A stretch of 64,000 nt of DNA from Camelus dromedarius. Taxonomy: Eukaryota. The notes under the pieces are model-generated. The model saw only the letters and a program-made list of their open reading frames with translations, did no database searches and had not been told where the DNA came from. The stretch is taken from contig NC_087436.1 of the NCBI RefSeq assembly GCF_036321535.1, positions 108,750,001 through 108,814,000 on the forward strand, given 5' to 3'. Shown piece after piece: positions 52,201-64,000 of this stretch. Positions within the stretch are counted from its first letter, which is position 1. Every line of letters begins with the position of its first letter. The translations under genes and the position numbers were made by a program.

Positions 52201-52208
52201 TGTTCAAA
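52107..52208 (+). CDS. KCNIP4: KCNIP4 (KChIP4) cassette exon 2, 102 nt, phase 1-1, residues about G21-N55 of the long isoform
   Basis: Translates (G)[33 protein letters not shown](N), matching recalled human KChIP4 [35 protein letters not shown]. Acceptor gtgtcttccAG ends at 52106, branch-point consensus gctaac at 52079-52084, donor AAA|GCAAGT at 52209. Length is a multiple of 3. Confidence 0.95.
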
Positions 52209-52708
52209 GCAAGTTTCTTTGTTTTGGTTTTTATTTTTTCCCTCCCCCAAACTGTTTGTTTGTGTTGTGTGTAGGGGTCTGCATGCGTCGTAGGCCTCTG
52301 CTTCTAAAAGGAATCCATGTATTATGTTCCGCCAAACCAGCTCGATTGATGTGCTCGTGTGGACCTCAGTACCCGGGCGAACTTCTGTGCAATTGGGAAG
52401 CACTTCCCATCTGGCAGACTGACGGCACAGTATTAGTGAGGGGAGCCTGGGCTTCAAAACATGTGGAATTTTTGTTTGATCTGAGGCTCGGGTGACGCGG
52501 ATTCCCGCCGCCTGAATTGTTAGCGGAGCGGCTGTGCACTTGAAACTGCGTTATTTACCTTGTAAAGTTCCTGTCTCACGTGCATGTGTTTGCTGTGTAA
52601 TTTAGATACTGCCAAGCTTCAGAAGTATTGCCAGGTTCGCAAAACTGCCGTAAAGTGGAACAACACCTTTAGACAAATGTGACTTTCCTTCTTTGCCGAC
52701 TCTTAACC

Positions 52709-53672
52709 TTTATCATCGGGGTCTCTAAGAAAACGGACCAATATGTATATATACCTACAGAGCTTTCTCAGATTACAGTGGGGTTACATCCTGATAAACC
52801 CTTCTTAAGTTGAAAACATTGTAAGTGAAAGTGCATTTGATACACATGACCCACGACATTGTAGCCTAGCCTACTTCAGATGTGCTCAGAACACTTACAT
52901 TAGCCTACAGTTGGGCAAAATCATCTAACACAAAGCCTATTATATGATAAAGTGTTGAATATCTCATGGAATTTAGTGATTGCTGGACTGAAAGTGAAAA
53001 ACAGAATGACTGTACCAGTTGCATGCTCTTGGACCTCGTGGCTGTCTGGGAGCTACGGGTCGCTGCCACCGACCACCCTGCATTACAACAGCATTTTGTA
53101 CTTCATATCGCCTCCTCGCCCAGAAAAAAGATCAAAATTCAAAGTACAGTTTCTACTGAATAGGTATCGCTTTCACACCATTTGTAAAGTCAAAAATTCA
53201 TAGTTGAAACTTCATTAAGCCTGGGACAGTCTGTATATGTATACCCATACATGTATATATACCTATGATATGCAGACACACATACATATATGTATATATA
53301 TGCATGCACACATATATATGTGTGTATATATATAAATAAAGGGAATTACTTTAAGGAATTGGCTCACCTGACTGTAGGAGCTGGCATGTCCAAAATTCAC
53401 AGAGCGGGGCGATGGGCCGGAAACTCAGACAGGCTTGGATGCTGCAGTCTTGAAGCAGAATTCCCTGTTCAGGAGATCTCAGTTTTTGCTTAAGGCCTTT
53501 CAGCTGATTACATGAAGCCCACCCACACTATCCTGAGTAATCTCCTTAACTTAAAGTCCACTGTTAGTAGATCTCAACCAGGTCTTCAAAATACTTTCAG
53601 AGCGACAATTAGATTAGTGTTTATACCTGGGTACTGTAGCCTCACCAAGTTGACACATCACACTAATCACAC
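52709..53672 (-). mobile_element. ERVL solo LTR (MLT2D-like), interrupted by a Tigger5 MITE
   Basis: Left piece ggggtctctaagaaaacggaccaata(ta)n; right piece (TA)-rich tract, taaggaattggctcac, atgaagcccacccaca, ccaagttgacacat…aatcacaca. Confidence 0.8.
52758..53233. mobile_element. Tigger5/MER47-family MITE
   Basis: TA on both flanks; ggggttacatcctgataaacc, gtgctcagaacacttacattagcctacagttgggcaaaatcatctaacacaaagcct, tttctactgaat…atcgctttcacacca. Confidence 0.88.
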
Positions 53673-54226
53673 ACTCCCCCCACTTTCTCTCCAATTCTGC
53701 GGCATTCTGAAGGAACAGAAATAGAGGATAACTAAAGGGAAACCCTCTATGTATTGTATAAAGACGCCACGTGTAATTTAAAATGAACGTTGACACATGT
53801 TCTATGTTTACAAACATTGTTTCATACACAATTTTCTTTTTCAAGCATCTAACAAGTGTCAGAATCAGACTGAGAAGGTAGAGTGCTCTCTGCCAGTGAG
53901 GAGACAAAAGATTAAGGAGCTAGGTGAGATACTCTGGTTGTGGGGCCGTAACCCATTTCTTCACCTACTCTCTTTTCTACCACAGCATTTTGTAGGAACT
54001 GATGAACTCAGTGAGTGATTTAAAAATGTGGCTGCTCTAAAATTTCACTAGTCTCCACAGTACAAATAAAGAAAATACAGAAAGTACCTTAAACAACCCA
54101 ATATGTCCAGTCAAAAGTCCCAGAATAGAATAATGATTTATTTCAGTGGTATTGACCAAAGGTAACATATCACAATAATATGATTTAATTAATTCACCTA
54201 TTCATTCAACATATATTTATAGGCAG

Positions 54227-54329
54227 TTTTTAGTTTGTTTTTTGTGGGGGAGGTAATTAGATTATTTTTTAAATGGAGGTACTGGAGATTGAACCCAGGA
54301 CCCTGTGCATGCTGAGCTATACCCTCCCC
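54227..54329 (-). mobile_element. Camelid-type tRNA-derived SINE with an internal deletion, inserted in an L2 end
   Basis: gggggaggtaattag…tggaggtactggagattgaacccaggacc…gagctataccctcccc; 17-bp direct repeat attcaacatatatttat at 54204-54220 and 54334-54350. Confidence 0.85.
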
Positions 54330-55054
54330 ACTTATTCAACATATATTTATCATATGTCAGTTCCTGTTCCTGTGCTAGGAGATAGAGCAGTAAATAAAAC
54401 AGCCTTTAAAAGGCCCGTTCTTCTAGAACCTTCTGTAGGGAAAGGAGACAGGACGGAATTGCTTTTATCAGTAATAATCCTATGGACAAAACAATTTTTA
54501 AATTATAGTTAAAATGCATTGCTTTGATTTTTTTCCCTTCATTGCACATACACCCACAGCATCTCACAAACAAAACATAATATGCCCTCAGCAACCTGGA
54601 AAGCTACAGTCCAGAATGATGCAAAATCTTAATCCTACATGATACTGAGACTGTAGACGTTTTTATTGCTACAGTTTGTCAGCGAATGTTGGTTATTAGA
54701 GCCGTTGCTTTTCTCCTTTCAAGTGGAAATCAAAATTGCCAATTTACCAGATATTTACCAAAAACATAGTCATTTGTACAAAGCAGACAGGTAAAATATA
54801 ACTTTCAAATGGATCTGTCTATTCATTTTGCAAAGGACAAAATCATCATGCCTCCATTAGTGCTTTTCCTGAATCAGTATCTCGGAAAGTCATCGCTCCG
54901 TATAAATGTTCACAGAGCATGCAACATAATTTTCAACTTAGTGTGAGGAAAAAGTCAGGACGTTTCTTGAAGGGGGAAAAAAAATAATAGAAGATACTAA
55001 AAAAATTTTAGCGGACTGACTCTAAAAACTGATATATGTATATATATATATATA

Positions 55055-55328
55055 TTTTTTTTTTTATTGAAGTACAGTCGATTACAATGTGTCAGTTTCT
55101 GGTGTACGGCACAATGTCCCAGTCACACATATACATACATATATTCATTTTCATTAAAGGTTATTATAAAATATTGAATATAGTTCCCTGTGCTATACAG
55201 AAGAAAAATTTTTAATCTACTTTATATACAGTGGCTAACATTTGCAAATCTTAGACTCCCAAATTTATCCCTTCCCACCCCTTTTCCTCTGGTAAACATA
55301 AGATTGTTTACTATGTCTGTGAGTCTGT
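55055..55328 (-). mobile_element. L1 3' UTR fragment, same subfamily as 29006-29530, preceded by (TA)n
   Basis: Reverse complement matches the 3' part of the 29 kb copy (tacaatgtgtcagtttctggtgtac, gtggctaacatttgcaaatc, ctatgtctgtgagtctgt). Confidence 0.9.
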
Positions 55329-57899
55329 AAAATTGGGATATCATAGCTGATATTGAACCCACACTAGACGTGGCCTGTGATTTGTGAATCCCCAAAGGTC
55401 TGCAGATATAAAACTCCCTCCCCCACTAACCACCATTTTCCATAGTAGCTGCAAATCATAAGAAAAACCCAGCAGGTCAAAGCAGATTACTTGAAAAGGA
55501 GACCACATTAACTCCATTGCTGTGTTAGAAAGGTGTTTCTATTAGATCCCTCTCCATAATCTGGACCCTAAGCATCTGGGCACAGGACTGAAAAGATGAT
55601 ACGAGAACATGAGGCAGGAGGCGGGTGGTTAGAGACAGGTACCAGAATGGCAGAGGCCACCAGGAGGAAGAGTGTGGGCACCGAATGTGTCCATGCAGAG
55701 AGCCCTTGGCGGGGCTAGTTCTGGGTTGGACTGACCTGCGTAGTGGCTGTGGAAATTTCTCCACCAGATCCCATGAAGCTGAAAAGCTGAAAAGCTGAAA
55801 GTTGGTTTACTAAGAGGCCAGTAGTCATCCTAAACTCCATTTCCTTTTTTCAAGAAGGCAGATAAGAAAGAGTTTTTTCATCTTGGACTTCCCAGTCTCC
55901 AGAACTGTAAGAAATAAATAAATGAAAAGGGGGGAGGGATCAATCATTCCTCTTGGCAGAAACATGAGATTTACCAATCTTATGCAAATAACAAAAGAAA
56001 TACCTCTTTCGTGTAGAAACCCCCAAATTTCTGCTGAGTAATGGAGCACTTAGATTCCCCAAATCACAGAACCCAAGAATTTGAAGGGAGCCTCACGTCA
56101 CACCCAGTTCCCCCACGGACTCCTTCTGTCGGCACTGGGAGCAGCACTGCTTCTTCAGGAAAATACCCATTTCAATACATTCTTCCTCATGCTGAGCCCA
56201 GATCGGCCTTCCTTTAACTTCCTAGGATACTGGTACTCGTCCTACCCCAGAGAGGAATCTTCAGTGTCCATTCCTTCTTCCCGGGGACAGCCTTCCTCGT
56301 CCTCCTCCTCCTCCTCCTCCCCCTTCAAGCTGGGAAGGTGAATAGTTTATTTATAAAAGTAACTCACGTTCATAGCAGTACATTGGAAAGTACAAAAAAA
56401 AAAAAAAAAAGATAAGAAGTGATACACACACATGCCACACAACACACAGCACACAACACACAATCCTTCTGTGCTCCTGTACTTTGAAGTAACTACAAAG
56501 AATCAGTGACATCTTTTTTCATCAATGTGTGTACCTTAATAATTGCATCCATACCAAAAATTTATCCTTTTCTTACCTTGCATACTTTCATAAATATTAA
56601 CCTTGTTATTAAAATGGAAATGTCATTTTAATGCCAAGCATAACATTACATGTATACAGTATGTTGTATTTAACTGCATTCCCTGGCTTTTGAATATTTA
56701 GATTTTTTTCCCCTTTTTTTCTTTTTACCCCAAAACATAAAGAGCTCTGAGATAAACATCTCTCTGTATATATCTGTGTGCCTTTAAGATTATTTTCTCC
56801 CAGATGAAAGAATTAAATTATGTGAGTACAAGCTTCCTCATATATACTAGAATATTGTTTTTTGAGTTGATCTTTCAAATATTTAAACACATCACACATA
56901 TTACGTCTTGAGTGTTTTTTTTACATAGACTTAATATCCTCAATATTTGGAAACTGTATATGTTTTATAGCCATTTATTAAATACAGACTTGAAATATTA
57001 GTTCTGCCACTTGTGACTCAAATGAAAGCATTAAAAGAAGTAGCATAGAACAAAGATTTTCTGCATGAAAAACCATTGGCATTATTAAATTTTTGAAAAT
57101 CAAATTTTCCCATTTTTAATAAAAGGTAAAAATAGTAAGTCCCAAACCTCTTATATTAGAGCACATGTCTTGACTTTGATGTTTGATAAGACTGTCAGAC
57201 AAATATTCAAGTCCGGCTGCCTTCGAGAGGTGTTGGGAACAACAAACAAGGCTTCAAGGAGGAAGTGACAGAACCAGCAGTGGCCCCTCCTGGGTGGCCC
57301 GCCTGGATAGGTGTGAGCCAGTGAGAATTCACTTAGAACCTGGAATGTCTTCTGCCTGGTTAATAACTCCCAAACAAGAGTGAGAAGTGAGTAAGAACTG
57401 AGGCTGGCGACACCTGGGCGATCTGTTAAGGACCAGCTGTTCAAGCTGCTGGCCTGCATCCCCTCAGCTGGCCAGGTGCCCACTGCTCTTTGAGCACCAA
57501 GCCAGGACACAGACGAGACCACCTGCCAGATGTAGTGGCCTGATCACCACCGCCCAGCACCACAGTTGAGTTCTTATTCACCGGCATCACTAGCTGCCCA
57601 GTTGCTGAAGCTGGATTCATGGTTCCTCTGCTTTATGCCCCCACACCCCACCACCATCTTACTGGCCGCTAAACTCTGGTCAGTTTCTCTCTGAAATATC
57701 TTTTAAATGAATATATTTTTATCTCTTGTGCTAGGACTCTCGCACCAACCCTCATTTTCTCTTCCAAGAAAGACTGAAAGAGGCCAGTGGAGGCAGCGTT
57801 GGCTTAGGGGCATTCATGCACTTGAATTCCTATTGTGCCTCATATTAAACAAAATGCCTGCAACTATTTACTTAAATCCTCTGGCCCCTTAGTCTCCTT

Positions 57900-58290
57900 A
57901 TTTAGTTACTCATCCCACAGTATTTTTTGAGGGACTGTATGTGGCAAGCATGACTCTGGACATTGGCTTTATAGGGAGGAATAGGGTGTATCAGTTCACT
58001 GCCTTCATGGAGCTTACATGGGAGGAGAGGCTAAAACATGAAAACCAAGATAATCTCAGGAACTGATGAGCATTATGAAGGCAGAAAGCCTATGGTAATA
58101 CGATGGAAGCTGAATGCAAGCAGGGGAGATACTTTGCTTCATTGATGAGTGACATTTGAGACCCTAAAACCAGAGAAGGCTGGTCGCTAGAGGGTCTGAA
58201 GTGGTCCAAGGAAGAGGTAACGGCAACTGCAAAGGTTCTAAGGAGCAAAGCAGTATAATTTATTCACATACAGAGAGAAAGGCCACTGTG
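57900..58290 (-). mobile_element. L2 fragment, followed by MIR fragments to about 58780
   Basis: tgtatgtggcaagca…ctgccttcatggagcttaca…gtgacatttgag…tgcaaaggttctaagg. Confidence 0.6.
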
Positions 58291-59426
58291 ATCTTCAGAA
58301 AAATGGGTGGTTGTCGGGATTAAACAAGATAACTCATGCAAAGTACTTAGTGCATGAAACATCACGAGTCTGTATATATGACAAGTGTTAACTCAGCTGA
58401 TACTCCCCACCACCTTCTGAGGCAAGTGTAGGAATTCCCCCCCATATAATTGCTGGTAAAACTGAGGCACAGACAAGCAAAGCGAGTGTCCCTGTTGGCA
58501 GAGCTGGGAGTCGGACTCCAGAAACTCCTGTCTTCATCGCTTTGTCAGACTGAGCTGCATCGGCTACCTCTGATATTGACTGAGGAAGCCTGGGTTTCAT
58601 TCCAGCTTCTGAGCTGTGTGATTCTGCACAAATCATTACAGTCTTTTCACACAGCTGTCTCAGTTGTGAAATGGGGATGTAAGTCCCAGCTTCCTGGAGG
58701 CAGAGAGCCAGACCTAATGCTTTCCCTTGGTCCAGTGGTACAAATATACTTCTTGAATAATTTATCAAATGATTGTATGATATGAGACTGTCACCTCAGT
58801 AGATGAAGTCTTACTGGAAAAACTCAAGGGAGGAGTGAAGGGCACTTTTTCGAGATTGGCATATGGGAAAGTCCATGTGCCAACTGAGCCAGAGTCTGTC
58901 TAAGGATGTGGTCATTATACTTTAAATATTATTATATATCCTATAATGGTAATAGCCTATTAGTATAAGAGTATAGCTTATTTTATATGTGAGGAAACAG
59001 ATCTGGAGAAGGGAGATCATTTGCTTGCTCAAAATCACAAAGCTATAAAAAAAAAAATCAGGAATGAGAGGCTTGACTCCAAATCCAGTACTTTCTAACA
59101 CTGACATTCTATGATTAGGTATTGGTCAGGGTCTAGGCAGAAAACACAAGGCACACATAATGGGGCAATGCATGGGAGTTTAATGAAGGGACTGTTTGCA
59201 AAGATGTGGGCAGGGTTTCTGGACCCAACAAGGCTGATGATGTACCCAGGGCTAGGGGACCTATAGGATCAGTGACAGTTCTCAGAGTCAGTCACACTGC
59301 TCTTCTTCTTGTAAGATTTGTTCTCAACTCCGTGATATCTTGGAGGCTGACAACTGGCTTATAGATGTATGTTGATATTGAATAGATAATTGTAGGATTA
59401 AGGAATTTAGCTATTTCATGAATGGC

Positions 59427-60083
59427 TTAAAAAACTAAAAATAGAACTACGATATGATTCAGCAACTCCACTCCTGGGTATATATCCAAAGAAAACAAAA
59501 ACACTAATTTGAGAAGACACATGCACCCCAAAGTTCATAGCAGCATTATTTACAACAGCCAAGATATGGAAGCAGCCTGTGCCCATCAACAGATATATGG
59601 ATAAAGAAGATGTGTTGTGTGTATATATATAATGGAATATTACTCGACTGTAAAAAAGAATGAAATCTTGCCATTGACAACAACATGGACAGACTTGGAG
59701 GGTCTTATACTTAGTGAAACAAGTCAGACAGAAGAAGAAAAATACTGTGTGTTTTCACTTATATGTGGAATCTAAAAATTAAAACAAATGAACAAATACA
59801 GCAAAACAGAAATAGACTCACAGATACTGAGAACAAACAAGTTGTTACCAGCAGGGAGAGAGGTGGAGGATAGGACACAATAGGGGAAGGGGATTAAGAG
59901 ATACAAACTACTAGGTTTAAAATAAATAAGACACAAGGATGTAATGTACAACACAGGGAAAATAGTCAATATCGCATAATAATTTATATGGAATATAATC
60001 TATAAAAATATCGAAGCACTCTGTTGTATACCTGAAACTGATATAATGTTGTAAGTCAACTACACTTCAATTTCAAAAAAAAA
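59427..60083 (+). mobile_element. 5'-truncated L1 (ORF2 end plus 3' UTR plus poly-A)
   Basis: aaaatagaactacgatatgattcagcaactccactcctgggtatatatccaaag…caacatggacagacttggaggg…gtaagtcaactacacttcaatttcaaaaaaaaa. Confidence 0.92.
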
Positions 60084-62745
60084 GAAGGAAGTCCCTAACT
60101 TCTATACTCTATGTAAGCACAAATACTTTTTCTTTGAAAAATAAATGCCATCAAGTCTGTGGCTGTGTCTCCTCACTGGATGATTCTGAGTCACTCACTT
60201 TATCTCTCCACGCCCCAGTTAATTTTTTCTAAAGTAATTGTTTCCCTATTTATTCAAAGGATATTATGGAGACAAAAAGCTTACTAAATAATAGTCAGGA
60301 GCTAATGCAAAAGATAAAATATAGAACACTTGATTATATGTATGCTTATATTTATATGCATGTTTTATCTAAATTTACTTCATAATAACATCTACCCAAT
60401 AAAAGCTCAGTGGCCTCATTCAATCAAAAGAATTGATTCACTAAATTAAAGCTTCATCCAGGGGTTTTTGTTGTTGATCTGAACAGACACAAGAGGGCAA
60501 ATGCGACAAGGTTATTGTGAGGCCAGACGACTCAAAACTAACTGATAAGTTACCATCAATATTTGCCTTGTGTTATTGCAAAGCACAGTTTCCTAACTTG
60601 CTTTCAGATTTTTGGTGTCAAACACGGCATAACATTTCAGTGTGTTCTGTTTTTCCTGGTGGCATATTGATCGTGGAAAGTTTTTGATGCCTCTCTTGGC
60701 ACAGAAAGCATCAGCATTTGGCTGTTGGAGTACTTGTTTTTCAAAAGTGAGTTGAACTGCCAACATGCTGCCAATTAAAAATACAACAGTAACCTCCAGG
60801 AAAATTTTTTAAAGTTTTAACCTTCTGAAAATTAATTAATCTCATACTAGCTCCTTAGTGACTTTAGCTGAAAGCTCTAACCTGGGCATGTAGTCAAGAA
60901 GAATCTTTGGAGGAACAGATGCATAACCTGTGAAGGTCTGTAAGCTTAATTTGCAAGTAGCATGGCCCTTCAATGTCACCATACGTATGAATTCCAAAAA
61001 AATGTAATTTTCAGATTCTCAGATGTTGTTTTTATTTATTTAACAAGTTTCTAGCACTTACTATGTGGTTGGTGCCATTCTAAGAGTTTTGGACAGTTCT
61101 AAGTCATTACATCCTAAAAATTACCCTATAAAATGGACACAATTATTTCAGTCGTACAGGATAGAAGACTGAGGGATGAGAGGTTAAGGAATTCACCTGA
61201 ATTACATCATCAGTTAGAGGGGGAGGGGGAGGGAGAGCGGTGACCCTGGAAATGGAAATCCAGAGTTTTTGTTCTTTACCATTTCTCTAGTTGTGTGTAT
61301 CGTATTGGTCATTTTTACATGAAAACAAGGCTGAGTCTTTTTTTCCACTTATCTGCTTAACATAGGACACCCTTGTACAGCTCATATTGTCCAGAAAGGT
61401 TGTGGTAGCCCCTTGAATGACTTATTTCCCCTCTCTGGACCCCAGTCTCACCACCTACAAATGAGAAGCAGAGCCTGGGCTTCAGCCTTGCGTTGTGGGA
61501 GCCAATGAGATGATATTTCTTATTTCTGGCTCTGACAATGACAGCTGTTTCAAAGCTAGTGCAAAACTTACTCCTTTCGTAGGACTTCACCACCCATGAG
61601 AAGGAGGGAGTAGGGAAATTTAGACATGCTGCTTAACCCAGATTTAATATTAATTGACACCCTCATTTACTTATCGTAAACAATGTGTTTTCCTAATCAG
61701 AATATTTGTCCATCCCTTCGTATAGGCGTCTACAAGTCTTAGAATCTTTCCTATTGCTTATCTCATTTCATCCTCACAAAACTCCTGGGAGAATGACAGA
61801 GCAGAGGGGTTGAAGTCTCTGTTTAGCAAACTAAAAAATGGAGAGATTAAATGGCTTGTCCAAAGTTACACAGGTATTCAGTGACAAAACAGAAAGATAG
61901 ACGTTCTTTGTTCTGGCCCATCATTTTTCTGCTAGACATCCTCATTAAATCATGAATGAGTCTTAGTACAGGAAGGCTGGAGGCAGGGGGTCCCAGGACA
62001 GCTGGTTTCTATTGGCAGGTTTAGTATGTTGGCACTTTGATGCAGCATACACTTACAGAGCATCCACTATTTGAAAAGTAATAGTGCCAGGAACAGGGAA
62101 ACACTATAAATCACTGTGTCTGAAGGCTGACATCGTATAGAAATAAACAAACATGTACAAAAATCATTCGGACGCAATGAATACAAGTAAAGTGCTGTGA
62201 GAGGCAGCACTGGAGATGTATTAGGGTTAAGAAGAGTGATAACTCTAGGAACAGCTTATTTGGTTAAAATCCTGGTTCCGTGACTGACTAGCTATAGAAA
62301 AGTTTGCTTACCCTTTCTGAGCTTCATTTTCCCACCTTCAAGGTGAAGATAATAGTAGCAAAAATTATATGTTTGTGTAGAAGATTAAGTGAGCGTGTGA
62401 AGTGTTTACAGCAGTGACTGGCTAGTAAGTGCTGGCTGCTGGTGCTATGTTTCTCCCCCTACTTGTGATGATCATGGAGCTACAGCCACAGGGATGAGGT
62501 CGAATCTCACCAGGCACATTTCACAAAAAGGTAGTATTTCAGCAGGGCCCTTTGGAGAAGAATTATTTCACAAGAGGGAGAAAAAGCCGAAGGAGCAGGC
62601 TAAATCAAGAGTAAGATGGTCAGAGTGAGAAGTAAGAGAGAGAAGCAGTCAGAAAAGGTGAGCTGGGACCAGAGTTTGAAGGTTCTTACAGCCAACACAA
62701 GGCTGGTTCTCTGCAGTAAAGTGAGGCAGTGGGGAGTCAGCCAAG

Positions 62746-63452
62746 GTTTTTATTTATTTTTCTTTATTTCAGTTTCACTGAGTTATAATTGTACATATCA
62801 AATTTCAAGATATTTAAAGTGTACATTGTGGGGATTTGATATTCGTATCCATTGTAATAGGAATCCTCCCATGTAATTAATCAGTACATCCATCACCTCA
62901 CATATTTATCTTCTTTTTGCTGAGAATATTTAAGTTCTACTTTCTTCAAAAATTTCATTTATACAATACAGAGTTATCAGCTATAATCACCAAGTTCCAC
63001 ATTAGATCCTCAGATCTGATTCATCTTATAGCTGAAAGACTGTACACTTTTACCAACCTCTCCCTACTTCCCCCACACCCCAGACCCTGGCAACCACCTT
63101 TCTCCTCTCTGTCTGTGAGTTTGACTTTTTTCATATTCCACATTTAAGTGGTGCCAGGCAGTATTTGTCTTTCTCTGTCTGGCTTATTTCACTTAGCACA
63201 GTCCCTCAAAGTCCATCCCTATTGTCACAAATGGCAGGATTTCCTTTTTTCTGATGGCTGAAGAATATTTCATTGGATGTATATAACCACATCTTCTTTA
63301 TCCATCCATCCACTGATGGACACTTAGGTCGTTTCCATTTCTTGGCTATTGTGAATAATGCCTCATTAAACATGGGAGTGCAGGTGTCTCTTTGAGACCC
63401 TGTTTTCATTCCTTTTGGATGTAGACCCACCCAGAGGTGGGATTGCTAGATC
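62746..63452 (-). mobile_element. 5'-truncated L1 (L1MA9-like)
   Basis: tccatcacctcacata, ccctggcaaccacc, tctggcttatttcacttagca, atggacacttaggtcgtttcca, gtgggattgctagatca. Confidence 0.9.
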
Positions 63453-64000
63453 AAAATGAAAACTGATTCTTTGTCTTGATTAGGTTTTGAGATGACTAGA
63501 GCCAGCCAGTAGGCAAGGGAGCTGGGACACAAGTTCAACTTTAGCAGGGTCGGTGGTGAACTTGAAGTCAGAGGAAAGAACAGCAAGAGCTCAAAAGCAA
63601 CGTTTGAAGAGAAGACACAGACAAGTTCTCCACAATGTCAGCAAAAGCTAGTTTCTGAATCAAGGAACAACTAAACCTCAGGGTGAGAAAATATTACAAA
63701 AATAAATCAGGAACAGGTAAATTGCTGAAGGAGAGAAAAGAGAAAACAGGGAACTCAGTTGGGAAACTGCCTAAAAATCTTATGCAAGAAACAATATAAG
63801 CAGCTAGCTCTTACTGAGCACAACACGATTCTAAGCCTTCACAATTATTGTAAATATGTCATACAAGCTTATAAAGAAAGCACAGTTATAATCGCCGTTT
63901 AGGTGAGACAACCAAAAGACATTAAATCTCTAACCCAAGGTCTCACCGTTACTTAGTGTCTCAGGAGGGATTTGACCTTGAACAGTGTGATGCCAGAGCT

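Larger units (their letters stand above)
1..64000 (+). other. KCNIP4: Internal part of the KCNIP4 transcription unit (intron upstream of exon 2, exon 2, start of the following intron)
   Basis: Exon 2 is recognised at 52107-52208 on +. No other KChIP4 exon (alternative first exons or EF-hand core) was found, which fits the very large introns of this gene. The extent across the whole window is inferred. Confidence 0.85.

Noticed and set aside
51881..52457. Antisense ORFs of 108 and 100 aa overlapping exon 2
   Set aside because: Explained by high GC content and shadowing of the real exon; no similarity to anything I recognise.
63206..63430. 74-aa ORF resembling L1 ORF2 C-terminus (TCTPMF…LFTIAK…PKCPS)
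   Set aside because: Remnant of a truncated L1 copy, not a host gene or an intact retrotransposon.
1..64000. About 130 short ORFs (60-139 aa) in the ORF track
   Set aside because: No recognisable domains; many lie in repeats or low-complexity sequence or use non-ATG starts. This is the expected background in mammalian intron.

Overview
This is mammalian genomic DNA, most likely from a camelid (inferred from two camelid-type tRNA-derived SINEs and artiodactyl-type L1/Tigger elements). It is almost entirely intron of KCNIP4 (KChIP4, Kv4 channel-interacting protein), transcribed on the + strand. The only coding sequence I can support is the 102-nt cassette exon 2 at 52107-52208 (…[33 protein letters not shown]…), which appears to end in a non-canonical GC donor. 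The rest is AT-rich intron with many decayed repeats (L1, L2, MIR, MaLR/ERVL solo LTRs, Tigger and hAT MITEs, SINEs, microsatellites). Repeat names and the human KChIP4 comparison come from my recognition of consensus sequences, not a database search, and boundaries of old repeats are approximate. I see no new multi-gene system, and the other ORFs in the track look spurious. The most interesting signals cluster at exon 2: a weak GC donor with splicing-enhancer motifs, a sharp CpG/GC patch with CRE/AP-1/EGR motifs, and AT-to-GC changes consistent with GC-biased gene conversion. Also noted are candidate cryptic exons and a 27-bp dispersed duplication.
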